Shown here one piece after another: positions 1 through 9,875 of a DNA stretch of 64,000 nt. The stretch is from assembly GCA_963727775.1 (NCBI GenBank), contig CAVSHB010000003.1, positions 352,001-416,000 of the forward strand, given 5' to 3'. A program made the translations under genes and the position numbers. Position 1 is the first letter of the stretch, and each line of letters opens with the position of its first letter. This DNA is from an uncultured Nitrospiraceae bacterium. Its GTDB lineage: Bacteria > Nitrospirota > Thermodesulfovibrionia > Thermodesulfovibrionales > SM23-35. Under the pieces are notes generated by a model, which did no database searches, was not told the DNA's origin, and saw only the letters and a program-made list of their open reading frames with translations.

Positions 1-1170
1 GCCCACTCTTGCCGTGATCCCGACAACGCCTGTCAGGGCTATGATAAGAAAGCCGTCGTAATCATCCTTCAACTCCTCGAGCGCGGTGAGATAATCCTCG
101 TCTTTCACCTGTGCCGTGAGATCAAGAGGATTGTTCACGCCGTAGAAGTAGGGAAAAGCCTGCTTGAGCCTTACCTTCTTTTGCTCGGGAAGCTGCGGTA
201 TCTCCAGCCCCTGCCTGAGACACTCGTCAGCTGCGAGGACACCTGAACCGCCTCCGTTCGTCACGATCAGGACGCGATTGCCGCTGACAGGTTTTTGATA
301 AGAAAGCGCCTTCACCGTATCGATAAGATCGTCGAAGTCACGGGCTTCTTTGATCCCGTACTGTTCAAGCATGGACCTGAAAACTTCATACCTTCCCGCG
401 AGTCTGCCGGTATGGGAATATGCTGCGATTCGGCCTCCGGAACGTTTTCCCGCTTTAAGAATAACGAGGTGTTTCTTCTCTGAGAGTTGTTTCGCCTTCT
501 TGAGAAATTCTCTGCCGTTGCCCACTGACTCGATATAAGAGATGACGACGTCCGTCTTCCTATCGCTCATATAGTATTCGTAAAGGTCCGTCTCATCGAT
601 ATCAATGGCATTCCCATATGTGACAGCGCTGGAGACTCCCATATTGGAGTCCCGCATGGTCCCGAATAGACAATGCATGATAGCCCCGCTTTGGGACACA
701 ATCGCCACATTGCCTTTTTTAGGTCTTGCCACTCTGTCGGGGGAAAGAAAGAATGTATCAAAGCTCCTGTAAGGGTTGAAGATACCCATGCAGTTCGGAC
801 CGAGCATTCTGAGACCGAGCTTTGTCCCCAGATGTCTGATCTCCTCTTGCAGTTCTCCCTCTCCGATCTCGGCAAAGCCCGAGCTCATAATCACTACACC
901 CTTTGCCCTGCCTTCGTGTTCCTTAAGGAGATCGACTATTTCCGGAGCAGGCCTCAGAATCAACGAGAGGTCGACAAACTCCGGCACTTCTTTAATGGAC
1001 GGATACGTCTTTAATCCCATTAAGTTGTTGTATTTGGGATTTACGGGATAGACCTTCCCCTTGAATCTGAGCAGGTTTTTGAGGACTATTCCCCCCAGCT
1101 TCTCTTCGGCATGGGAAGCCCCTATCAAAGCCACCGTTTTCGGATTGAAAAGAAAGTTCAGATGGCTCAT
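1..1170 (-). CDS. Acetate/acyl-CoA ligase (ADP-forming) alpha-type CoA-binding protein, 3' end outside the window
   Basis: Manual translation from ATG at 1170: MSHLNFLFNPKTVALIGAS...VYPVNP...GPNCMG...TNGGGSGVLAAD. Missing from the ORF track because it runs off the window. Confidence 0.85.
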   Translation of the reverse strand, partial: MSHLNFLFNPKTVALIGASHAEEKLGGIVLKNLLRFKGKVYPVNPKYNNLMGLKTYPSIKEVPEFVDLSLILRPAPEIVDLLKEHEGRAKGVVIMSSGFAEIGEGELQEEIRHLGTKLGLRMLGPNCMGIFNPYRSFDTFFLSPDRVARPKKGNVAIVSQSGAIMHCLFGTMRDSNMGVSSAVTYGNAIDIDETDLYEYYMSDRKTDVVISYIESVGNGREFLKKAKQLSEKKHLVILKAGKRSGGRIAAYSHTGRLAGRYEVFRSMLEQYGIKEARDFDDLIDTVKALSYQKPVSGNRVLIVTNGGGSGVLAADECLRQGLEIPQLPEQKKVRLKQAFPYFYGVNNPLDLTAQVKDEDYLTALEELKDDYDGFLIIALTGVVGITARVG

Positions 1171-1202
1171 GTGCGGTAATCCTTCGCCGGAGCGTCGCCG
1201 AT

Positions 1203-1312
1203 GCGGCGGGTATAGTATTTTCGCGGATTTAAATTCTGTGCAGATTCATCGGAACAGAATTTACCTCGGAGGGCGATAGCCCGAGAATGAGCGACAATAC
1301 TTTGTCTGTCGC
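1203..1312. repeat. Structured dispersed repeat, copy 1
   Basis: Core GCGGATTTA-hairpin-TACCTCGGAG-hairpin-CGAGAATGAGCG inside a 22-bp outer inverted repeat. Confidence 0.85.
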
Positions 1313-1330
1313 GTTTCACTGAAGCGTTAC

Positions 1331-2512
1331 TCATGTGCTCTCTATAAACAGCAGTCCCGGATCTTCGAGATACCTGACTATTTTAGATATAAACTTGGTG
1401 GCATCGACGCCGTCGGTCACCCTGTGGTCAAAAGTCAACGAGAGCGGAAGGATTCTTCTGATGGCGATCTTTCCATCCACCACCCAGGGTTTCTCGGAAA
1501 TCTTTCCCGTGCCGAGGATTGCAACATCCGGGTAGTCGATTATCGGCGTCGCAAACCCTCCCCCGAAGGCGCCATAATTCGTAATGCTGAATGTGCTTCC
1601 TCTCATTTCTTCGAGCTTGATCTTTCTCTCCCTCGCCTTCTTGCTCAAATTCTGGATCTCCTCCGCCAGTTCCAGGATAGATTTTTTGTCGACATTCGTT
1701 ACAACGGGCACCATAAGGCCGTCGGGTGTGTCCACTGCAATGCCGAAATTAAAGTATTTCTTGACTACGATCTCCTCTTTTTCCTCATCCACCGAAGCAT
1801 TCAGAAGCTGATGCTCCCGCAATGCATGCTGGGCCGCCTTAATAAAGAAAGGCATGAAGGTCAGATGGATGTTTTTTTCAAGCAGCGATTTCTTCTCCCT
1901 CTCCCTTACCGACCAAAGCTCGGTGACATCGGCCTCTTCCATGGCGGTAACAAAGGCAGTTGTCCTCTGGGAGGTGATGAGATTTTTTGCGATAGTTCTT
2001 CTAATCCCCCTGATAGGAATTCTCTCAATTCCTCCGTATTGGTCCGGGGCCTCTTTACTCCTCGGTTTTTCAGAGACTTTCAGCACGTCCGTTGTCGTGA
2101 TGCTTCCTCCAGGGCCGGAACCCTCGACTGTCTTCAGGTCTATGCCGGACTCCTTTGCGAGGGCCCTCACGGCAGGCGTTGCGAGCACTTCTTCTCCCGC
2201 TTCAGGCAGAACGCCGATGACGGTCACCGACTTGGGACGCTCCTCCGCTTTCGGTTTTTCTTCCGCGGCTTCGCCCATTGCGAGGATTGTCATCAGAGTC
2301 TCTCCGACCTTTGCGATCTCGCCTTCCTGTTTCCCGATCTTAATGACCGTTCCTTTTTTGGGGGACGGCACTTCGACAACCGCCTTATCGGTTTCAACTT
2401 CAAGGACCGTCTGGTGTTCTTCCACGGCGTCGCCTTCCTTTACAAGCCAGGCCCGTATCTCGCCTTCGACTATCCCTTCTCCTAAATCGGGCAATACAAA
2501 TTCATAGGGCAT
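1331..2512 (-). CDS. pdhC: 2-oxoacid dehydrogenase E2, dihydrolipoamide acyltransferase
   Basis: Lipoyl motif ETDKAVVEVPSP, peripheral-subunit-binding ATPAVRALA, catalytic DHRVTDG. Confidence 0.93.
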   Translation of the reverse strand: MPYEFVLPDLGEGIVEGEIRAWLVKEGDAVEEHQTVLEVETDKAVVEVPSPKKGTVIKIGKQEGEIAKVGETLMTILAMGEAAEEKPKAEERPKSVTVIGVLPEAGEEVLATPAVRALAKESGIDLKTVEGSGPGGSITTTDVLKVSEKPRSKEAPDQYGGIERIPIRGIRRTIAKNLITSQRTTAFVTAMEEADVTELWSVREREKKSLLEKNIHLTFMPFFIKAAQHALREHQLLNASVDEEKEEIVVKKYFNFGIAVDTPDGLMVPVVTNVDKKSILELAEEIQNLSKKARERKIKLEEMRGSTFSITNYGAFGGGFATPIIDYPDVAILGTGKISEKPWVVDGKIAIRRILPLSLTFDHRVTDGVDATKFISKIVRYLEDPGLLFIEST

Positions 2513-2528
2513 ATTTTTACTCCTTTAT

Positions 2529-3488
2529 CTAATATTTCAATACCTCATTGACGGCTTTTTGTATCCTTTCCACGTTCGGCAAATAGTGGTCTTCGAGCTT
2601 CGGAAGGGGCATCACGATGTCATAGCCGGTGACCCTCATGATCGGGGCTTTGAGATAGAGCATAGTTTCCTCCGCGAGTGACGCGGCGAGTTCCGCGCCC
2701 AGACCGCATGTCTTGGGAGCTTCATGCACGATTACCACCCTTCCGGTTTTTTTCACGGAATTATAGATGGTCTCTTCATCAAAGGGATGAAGAGTCATAA
2801 GATCAATAATTTCCGACTCAGGGCCCACCGCCTCAAGAACTCTGTGGAGCATGCTTCCCCAGGCGATAACGGTCACATCTTTTCCCTCCTGGACCACCCT
2901 GGCCTTACCGAGCTCAATTAAATACTCTCCCTCGGGGACCTCCTCTTTTATCAGACGGTAAAGCCTTGTCGGTTCCAGAAAAATGACGGGACCGGGGTCT
3001 CTGATCGATGCCGTCAACAGTCCCTTCGCATAATAAGGTGAGGGAGGCACAACCACCTTCAGGCCCGGCATATGACAAAAGAATGCCTCAGTGCTGTCCG
3101 AATGGTGCTCCAATGCCTTCACCCCCGCGCCGTATGGCGTTCTGATAACTAAGGGGCAGGTATATCTTCCGCGTGATCGGGAAAGGATCTTTGTCGCGTG
3201 GCTGAAGATATGATCAATTGCAGGATAGATAAAGCCCATGAACTGGATCTCCGCCACAGGCCTCAGTCCATAAACGGCCATTCCGATGGCAGCGCCGACG
3301 ATCGCCGATTCCGATAAAGGGGTATCGACAACACGTTCCTCACCGAATTTTTCGAGCAGTCCGTCGGTAGTCCTGAATACGCCGCCATCTTTGCCCACAT
3401 CCTCCCCGAGAACGACTACACTCCGGTCACGCTCCATCTCTTCCCTGAGGGCAAGGGTTATCGCCTGGACCATATTCATTTTCGCCAT
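2529..3488 (-). CDS. pdhB: 2-oxoacid dehydrogenase E1 beta subunit
   Basis: GEDVGKDGGVFR, DTPLSE, EIQF motifs. Confidence 0.93.
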   Translation of the reverse strand: MAKMNMVQAITLALREEMERDRSVVVLGEDVGKDGGVFRTTDGLLEKFGEERVVDTPLSESAIVGAAIGMAVYGLRPVAEIQFMGFIYPAIDHIFSHATKILSRSRGRYTCPLVIRTPYGAGVKALEHHSDSTEAFFCHMPGLKVVVPPSPYYAKGLLTASIRDPGPVIFLEPTRLYRLIKEEVPEGEYLIELGKARVVQEGKDVTVIAWGSMLHRVLEAVGPESEIIDLMTLHPFDEETIYNSVKKTGRVVIVHEAPKTCGLGAELAASLAEETMLYLKAPIMRVTGYDIVMPLPKLEDHYLPNVERIQKAVNEVLKY

Positions 3489-3489
3489 A

Positions 3490-4545
3490 TTAAAAACCCT
3501 CCATCTGTTTAAGCTGCCTTTGTGAAAGAGTTTTGTATGTATAGAGGAATATCTCTCGCGGAGAAGCCGGTTCTACAGATTCCATCTTTTTTATTTCATC
3601 TTCGATAGTCTTCTTTAAATTTTCTTCGGTTTCTCTCTGCAGCTGCTCGTTCCAGAGTCCTTTTCTTTCCATGAAAAGTCTCATCCTCAGGATCGGGTCC
3701 TTATCTTTCCATTTTTCCACTTCCTCTTTCGGCCTGTATCTCTCCGCGTCGTCGGCTGTCGTATGGTCTGTCATCCTATAGGTAAAACACTCGATAAAAG
3801 TCGGCCCTTTCCCTTCTTTTGCTTTTTTGACGGCATCCTGCGTGCTCTTGAAGACCGCGAAAATATCGTTTCCGTCCACCTGGATCCCTTCGAAGCCATA
3901 GGCAATGGCCTTCTGGGCAAGGGTTTGCGAGGCCGTCTGCCTTTCCCGGGGCACCGAGATGGCCCACTGGTTGTTCTCACATATGGCGACTACCGGCAGC
4001 CTGAAAACTCCCGCCATATTAAGACCTTCATGGAAGTCACCCTTCGAAGTGCCCCCGTCGCCGAAATAGGTGATAACAGCGATTGCTTCCTTTTTCAGCT
4101 TAGCTCCCATGGCTGCGCCCGCTGCATGGGGCACGTGGGTCCCGACCGGTATACAGAAAGGGAAAATATTTAAATCATCCGGAATTTTGAGCCCTCTTTC
4201 GTCTCCTGACCAGTACTGTAGGAGCAAGTGCAGCGGATATCCCATTGCCAGATACACTCCGAGTTCTCTGTATGTTGGGAAAACCCAATCGGACTTTCCT
4301 ATCGCAAAGGCGCTTCCCACCTGTGCAGCTTCCTGCCCGAACACGGGCGGATAGGTGCCGATACGGCCTTCTCTTTGAAGGCTCAGGGCATACTGGTCCG
4401 ACAACCTCGTGAAGAGGAGCATCCGGTACATTTCTGTTATCTGTTCGTCTTTCAGAGGCGGCATAAGTAACTCGTCAATACCGCCCTTCTCGTCAAGTAT
4501 ACTCAAATGCTTCACACTAAAATCAGCAATCACTCTTTCAGGCAT
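3490..4545 (-). CDS. pdhA: 2-oxoacid dehydrogenase E1 alpha subunit
   Basis: TPP-binding GDGGTS...NNQWAIS, HTTADD loop. Confidence 0.93.
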   Translation of the reverse strand: MPERVIADFSVKHLSILDEKGGIDELLMPPLKDEQITEMYRMLLFTRLSDQYALSLQREGRIGTYPPVFGQEAAQVGSAFAIGKSDWVFPTYRELGVYLAMGYPLHLLLQYWSGDERGLKIPDDLNIFPFCIPVGTHVPHAAGAAMGAKLKKEAIAVITYFGDGGTSKGDFHEGLNMAGVFRLPVVAICENNQWAISVPRERQTASQTLAQKAIAYGFEGIQVDGNDIFAVFKSTQDAVKKAKEGKGPTFIECFTYRMTDHTTADDAERYRPKEEVEKWKDKDPILRMRLFMERKGLWNEQLQRETEENLKKTIEDEIKKMESVEPASPREIFLYTYKTLSQRQLKQMEGF

Positions 4546-4666
4546 AGGTCCTCCCCAAAATATGTATTATTACGGATACCTCCAAATTTTCCCGCCGCTT
4601 TTAGATCTTGATTAAACAATAATATGTTTATACGCCTTCGTCAATTCCTTATGCTAAAATTCAATT

Positions 4667-5008
4667 ATGCGTGAGGAAAAAACGAGACTTGTTTATTCGA
4701 CTGATACTGCAATTCCGCGCAAAAAGAATACCGCAGAGGAAGCACCTCAAGAAACAAATCAACCTTCCCGGCAGAAGGTCTATGTCCGTCTTGACAGGAA
4801 AGGCAGGGGCGGAAAGACCGTTACAGTCATCGAAGGTCTCCAGATGCAGCGGAGGGAAATAGAGGAACTGCTCAGGGAACTGAAGGCGAAGCTCGGCACG
4901 GGTGGTACAATTAAGTATCCCTCTCTCGAAATTCAGGGTGACCATCGGGACATGGTAATGTCAGCATTGAAGGGGATGGGCTTCGCGCCAAAGCGCTCAG
5001 GCGGCTGA
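4667..5008 (+). CDS. yciH: SUI1/YciH translation initiation factor homologue
   Basis: RLVYST, RKGRGGKTVT, GTGGT, IQGDHR. Confidence 0.9.
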   Translation: MREEKTRLVYSTDTAIPRKKNTAEEAPQETNQPSRQKVYVRLDRKGRGGKTVTVIEGLQMQRREIEELLRELKAKLGTGGTIKYPSLEIQGDHRDMVMSALKGMGFAPKRSGG

Positions 5009-5422
5009 GGTCAATTACATGCTATTTGTTTTTCAACATTAGGGCTCTGAAATGAAATTTCCACTGCTCCCCTGAAATGCTCGTCCTATATGCAAATATG
5101 TTATGCTCAAACATGAATTGTAAAGCATTAAAGCATAAGATCAATAATGTTAGAAGACCTTCCGCAGTTGAATGATGATGGACTATTGATCCCTGAAGTT
5201 GGATCTTGGGCAGAGCGTAAATATCGGATACTTTGGAACTATGCAAAAATGTTTACAACAGGCACGAAAAATAAATGGCATGAACGAATATACATTGATT
5301 TATATGCTGGCGCTGGTTTTGCGAGAATTAGAGAGAGTTCGATTATAGTTCCTGCATCACCACTGCTTGCACTTGATATCCCAGATAAATTTGATAAATA
5401 TATTTTTTGTGAGCAAGAGGAA

Positions 5423-5995
5423 GTGAAGAACCCTGCGGCAGAGACCGCAGGGCGTCAGAAGTCAAACAACCTCAACTGCCCAACATCCTTCTCTCTGCCT
5501 TGGTTCTTTATGTATTTCTCAATCACTCCTTTATTCCCTTTACCGCTGATCGTTGCTATGTAGTACCCATCTGTCCAGAACTCACCACCCCAAAGTTCTT
5601 TTTTTACCTCGGGGGCCTCTTCATATACTCTTTTCCCACTTATACTCTTTATTATCTTGATCACCTCCCCCCCAGAATACTTCGATAAATATCGACACAG
5701 AATATGCACATGGTTTCGATCAAATCCAACTGTATTGATCTCTATCGCATACCTTTCTTTCAATCCTTTCAGCGCTCCAACTATAGCCCCTTCTACTTCT
5801 TTACTCAAAAGTGACTTGCGGTATTTCACCGTTATTTGAATGTGATAGTAACACTCCGATATATTGTGATACCATCGCCATATATCGTCGTCAAGAGTTA
5901 CCATCGTCTCTTTATTCTATCAGTCTACAGGTCTTTCCCTCCATTTACTCTACATACATCGGATCCTGCGGCAGAGACCGCAGGGTGTATCAATT
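5423..5995 (-). mobile_element. IS200-type element (tnpA only); ends approximate to a few bp
   Basis: The hairpin CCTGCGGCAGAGACCGCAGG occurs at 5432-5451 and 5965-5984, flanking tnpA. No TIR or TSD. Confidence 0.85.
5455..5904 (-). CDS. tnpA: IS200/IS605 family Y1 HUH transposase
   Basis: YHIQITVKYRK, HVH (HUH), LWGGEFWTDGYY, catalytic YIKNQ. Confidence 0.93.
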   Translation of the reverse strand: MVTLDDDIWRWYHNISECYYHIQITVKYRKSLLSKEVEGAIVGALKGLKERYAIEINTVGFDRNHVHILCRYLSKYSGGEVIKIIKSISGKRVYEEAPEVKKELWGGEFWTDGYYIATISGKGNKGVIEKYIKNQGREKDVGQLRLFDF

Positions 5996-6596
5996 ATTAA
6001 ACTTGAAGCCTTAAAGCAAAGAATAAGATTGAAGCACTCTGATGTAAATACAATATATATCCACGGCGATGTAACAGAAAACATTGATAGAATTATCTCA
6101 GCGGTGTCAAAGCACAGTCCGTCGCATAAGGTTCTTTCATTCTGCTTTATAGATCCGTATAAAATAGATAATTTTAATTTTCAGATAATACAAAAGCTCT
6201 CATGTAAATATGTTGATTTTTTGATTCTTATTCCATCTTATATGGACGCGCATAGAAATGTGGTCAAGTATTCTGAAGATACGCACGTTTCTGTAGAGGA
6301 TTTTACGGGCGTTAAAAACTGGAAAGAGCTATGGGGCATTGAAAAACAAAGAGGAACGGACTTTGGAGTATTTTTACCTGAGTTGTTTTGCAAATCCATG
6401 GAAAACTTAGAGTATATTTCTACTGGAGTAAGCAATACAATTTTAATACGCTCAGACAAGAAAAATCTTCCTCTTTACCATCTTGCTTTTTTCAGCAGAC
6501 ATTCCTTAGGCATAAAGTACTGGAAAGAGGCTCTTAAATATAGTTCAGACCAAAGAGAGCTTTTTTAATGACTTTTATTTGATTATAATAAAACAA

Positions 6597-7331
6597 ATGG
6601 CACAGACATCAAAGATAGAATGGACTGAGACAACATGGAACCCTGTCACTGGTTGTACGAAAATCAGCGAAGGCTGCCTAAATTGCTATGCTGAGAGAAT
6701 GGCAAATCGTCTATATGCAATGGATAATCCACGGTATAAAAATGGCTTCCGTCTTACTTTGCATCCTGATCTTATTGAAATACCGCTAAAGTGGAAAAAA
6801 ACGCGGCTTATTTTCGTAAACTCCATGAGTGATCTATTTCATAAAGATGTGCCCTTTTCTTTTATTGATCAGATATTCCGCACAATGGAAAAAGCTCACT
6901 GGCATACCTTTCAGATTGTTACCAAGCGGTCTGAAAGACTTCTTGAATTATCTTCTAAACTCAACTGGCCATCAAATATTTGGATGGGGGTAACTGTTGA
7001 ATCGGATAGGTATTTAAAAAGAATAAATGACCTCAGCAAGGTGCCATGTATGGTCAAGTTTCTTTCTATGGAGCCGCTCTTGTCAGATTTTCCAGCACTT
7101 CCTATTGCTGGAATGGACTGGGTTATTGTAGGCGGGGAATCCGGACCCAGAAGCAGGCCGATGCAGAAGAGCTGGGTTAGAAATATACGAGAACACTGTC
7201 TATCGAGAAATGTTCCTTTCTTTTTCAAACAATGGGGTGGAGTTAATAAGAAGAAAAATGGTAGAGTGCTGGATGGCAGAATGTGGGGTGAAATGCCTGA
7301 ACCAGTACACCAAAGTAATGCTACCCTTTAA
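6597..7331 (+). CDS. DUF5131 (phage Gp37/Gp68-like) three-Cys protein
   Basis: [53 protein letters not shown]. Start taken as ATG 6597. Confidence 0.9.
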   Translation: MAQTSKIEWTETTWNPVTGCTKISEGCLNCYAERMANRLYAMDNPRYKNGFRLTLHPDLIEIPLKWKKTRLIFVNSMSDLFHKDVPFSFIDQIFRTMEKAHWHTFQIVTKRSERLLELSSKLNWPSNIWMGVTVESDRYLKRINDLSKVPCMVKFLSMEPLLSDFPALPIAGMDWVIVGGESGPRSRPMQKSWVRNIREHCLSRNVPFFFKQWGGVNKKKNGRVLDGRMWGEMPEPVHQSNATL

Positions 7332-7669
7332 TGTTTTCTGTTGTTAATTAGTAATTCACTCACGCCTCTATCCTTTAACTTTGAGGGAGATGTTACCTTC
7401 TCAATAACTTCTTGAAACATGCATCTGAGCTATGACCCTTTGGTCTGTCAGTTGCGTCCTAAAATCAACAAGAAATTACTAGTGCTCGGAATCTTCTTCG
7501 CATTCTCCCTCCTTTAGGTAGCTTCGTATCTACTGATAGCTGCGCATTTGTTATGGTTGGGAAAACTTTTCATGGATTGGAGATTACCCTCAAAATCCCT
7601 CCTTTTCATTGAAAGCCATTATAGCCATAACAAGCGTATTTAGTAAAACATAAGGGCTTTGCAAACTTT

Positions 7670-7717
7670 CGAATAAGCGTCAGTCCGCTGCGGCAGTTGC
7701 GGACTAACGCATATTCG
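7670..7717. repeat. Isolated 19-bp-arm hairpin (REP-like or terminator-like)
   Basis: CGAATAAGCGTCAGTCCGC / GCGGACTAACGCATATTCG, 2 mismatches. Confidence 0.55.
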
Positions 7718-7777
7718 TTACCCGCACCCGACCTCGAAGATAATGCCTTCCGAACTATTCGATTGATTCCCGTGGCC

Positions 7778-8476
7778 TCATCGCTCCCAATCACGGTAAT
7801 AAAATTTAACCAGCTTGTCGGGCCGGACACCTAAATGATAAAGGCCCCTTAACATCCAGTTCCTCAATGTGCAGTAAAGGACCCCTTCTTTTTCCCACCT
7901 CCTCGGGGATGTCTTCACCTTCTGCGGCATGATGCAGATCTTGTGTCCGGCTCTTTTCATGCGCATCATAAACTCCAGATCTTCCATCAATGGAATTTCT
8001 TTAAATCCGTTCAGCTCATCAAATAGCTTCTTTTTGACGAATATGGCCTGATCACCGTAAGGAATTCCGGTAAAATGAGAACGGATGTTGGCCATTTTTT
8101 CTATAAGCCTGAAAACAATCCTTTCGGATTTTATTTCTAAATCAAAAGCCCCGCCCGCGCATTGATTTTTGTCCACTGCGGCAAGGATTGCGCTGTAGGC
8201 ATCTGCCGGAAGTTCGGTGTCTGTGTGCAGAAATAAAAGAATTTCGCCTTTGGCCGCGGAGGCCCCTTTATTCATCTGCATACCGCGGCCCTTTGAAGAT
8301 AGAACTTTTATTACATCATTTTTTTGTATTGCATTTATCGTTGCTCCGCCCGGTCCACCATCAACGACTATCACTTCAAAATCAAACCCGGAACCTGTCA
8401 GATAAACATTTTCAACGGTTTGGTTGATTATTGATGGTTCATTTAATACGGGGATTATAATAGAAAAAGAACACAT
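7778..8476 (-). CDS. GT2 glycosyltransferase, TIGR04283-like
   Basis: SIIIPVLNE, VVDGG, LLFLHTDT, YGDQAIFV, PLMED, TSPRRW. Confidence 0.85.
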   Translation of the reverse strand: MCSFSIIIPVLNEPSIINQTVENVYLTGSGFDFEVIVVDGGPGGATINAIQKNDVIKVLSSKGRGMQMNKGASAAKGEILLFLHTDTELPADAYSAILAAVDKNQCAGGAFDLEIKSERIVFRLIEKMANIRSHFTGIPYGDQAIFVKKKLFDELNGFKEIPLMEDLEFMMRMKRAGHKICIMPQKVKTSPRRWEKEGVLYCTLRNWMLRGLYHLGVRPDKLVKFYYRDWER

Positions 8477-8493
8477 TTTTTTATCAAATAAAC

Positions 8494-9189
8494 CTACGCA
8501 AAAAGCCTTTTCATATTGCCCGATATAAACCGCATAGTTCTTGAATCCGCAAATTCGGTATGTTTATTTCTCTCGGCCAATGCCCTTAAATCATCAAGAC
8601 TGTCCACATCCCTCCATTTCTGAAGGATATGTACTTCATGATTATATTTATTGAATATCTCCATTGTCCTCCCGAATACCTCGTCCGTACTCCATGGTAT
8701 CCCATCAAATATTTCCGGAAGGAAAGTGTTATGGTTAAAACCTATCAGATAATACCCTCCGTCGAAGGCCGGGCCGATCACCGCATGGTCATTACATAAC
8801 TCGAGCGCCTTATCCAATAACGTATTGGGCAAATCAGGCACATCACTGCCGATTATCAATATGTTTGAAAATCCCTCTGTAAAAGACTCTGTAAAGGCGT
8901 TCTTCATTCTTTCACCTACATCCCGACCCTTCTGGGGCATATATTGATAGTCCTTCCCGAGCCAGTCCGAGAACTTTCCTTTTGAATCCGGCGGGGTAAA
9001 ACAGATTTCAAAAGAATATCCGCCCTTTTTAAGCGTATCCACAAGGTCGAGCACAAAATTTTTGTAGAGAGCAAGAACGATAGTTTCATCCAAATTTATT
9101 GAAAGCCGGGATTTTACTTTTCCCTTTTCAGGGAGTTTGACAAACAGGAGCACACATCCATCAGGGAGCGTCTTTGTCTTTCGAATCAC
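8494..9189 (-). CDS. DUF2064/TIGR04282-like glycosyltransferase
   Basis: GKVKSRL, QKGRDVGERM, IIGSDVP, GPAFDGGYYLIG, IPWST. Confidence 0.85.
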   Translation of the reverse strand: MIRKTKTLPDGCVLLFVKLPEKGKVKSRLSINLDETIVLALYKNFVLDLVDTLKKGGYSFEICFTPPDSKGKFSDWLGKDYQYMPQKGRDVGERMKNAFTESFTEGFSNILIIGSDVPDLPNTLLDKALELCNDHAVIGPAFDGGYYLIGFNHNTFLPEIFDGIPWSTDEVFGRTMEIFNKYNHEVHILQKWRDVDSLDDLRALAERNKHTEFADSRTMRFISGNMKRLFA

Positions 9190-9228
9190 TATGATATAGT
9201 ATCATAATATAGCTGCATAATCAGCCCT

Positions 9229-9348
9229 AAATAATGGCGGAGACGGTATTTGAGCGGTTTTAAATTCTGTGAAGATTTATCGGAACAGAATTTACCTCGG
9301 AGGGCGACAGCCCGAGAATGAGCGAAAATACCGTGTCCGCCATTATTT
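9229..9348. repeat. Structured dispersed repeat, copy 2
   Basis: Same core as copy 1. Outer arms AAATAATGGCGGAGACGGTATTT / AAATACCGTGTCCGCCATTATTT. Confidence 0.88.
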
Positions 9349-9357
9349 ACAAATACG

Positions 9358-9783
9358 TCATGAATAATAAGGGGCGGTATTCAATAACTTTGTCAACACA
9401 GGAATCAGTTCGGTACCCATTTTCCTCTTTGGTATATAGGCATTGGCCCCCGCTACAGCAGCGCCGGCCCGGTATGTGGAATCTTCATATATGCTCAGCA
9501 TTACTACCTGTGCCTTCGGAACAGCATCCCTAATGAGCCGGGTTGCGTCGATGCCGCTCATTCCGGGTAACATAATATCCATCAGGACGACGTCGGGCTG
9601 CATTTCCAGGACTTTGGCCAGGGCCTCTTCCGCGCTTTTTGACTGTAGAACACTACTGTCCCGGAAAACGGCGCCAAGCCACTTTTGTAATGATTCCCGC
9701 AGTGCATCATGATCTTCAATAATAAGGATAACGGGCTTCGTAATTTTGCAAATATCCCTGACATCGCCCATGATAAGATTCAA
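9358..9783 (-). CDS. Single-domain response regulator (REC)
   Basis: IIEDH, VLMDIMLPGMSG, YIPK. Start may be ATG 9771. Confidence 0.85.
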   Translation of the reverse strand: MNLIMGDVRDICKITKPVILIIEDHDALRESLQKWLGAVFRDSSVLQSKSAEEALAKVLEMQPDVVLMDIMLPGMSGIDATRLIRDAVPKAQVVMLSIYEDSTYRAGAAVAGANAYIPKRKMGTELIPVLTKLLNTAPYYS

Positions 9784-9875
9784 CCTCCCGATATAAACCT
9801 TAACTGATAGTTTAATTCCATTTTATCCAAATGTCTGTCAGGGAACTTTGACTTTTCTTGTAAGGTTTGTTTGAT

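Larger units (their letters stand above)
5147..6568 (+). pseudogene. Three-Cys-motif partner protein (TcmP-like), interrupted by IS200
   Basis: N-part (5147-~5422) has VGSWAERKY and YIDLYAGAG; C-part (~5996-6568) has FCFIDPY and LYHLAFFSRH. The halves rejoin in frame once the IS is removed. Confidence 0.8.

Noticed and set aside
1005..1020. Suspected frameshift in the acyl-CoA ligase
   Set aside because: Re-reading gives ATG GGA TTA AAG ACG TAT in frame. The gene is absent from the track only because it lacks a stop inside the window.
1424..2507. Long + strand ORFs (353 and 217 aa) and similar antisense ORFs across the window
   Set aside because: They are shadows of well-supported genes on the opposite strand and have no recognisable motifs.
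7465..7515. SD-preceded minus-strand micro-ORF MRRRFRALVISC
   Set aside because: Only 12 codons with no supporting terminator or motif; more likely a decayed gene start.
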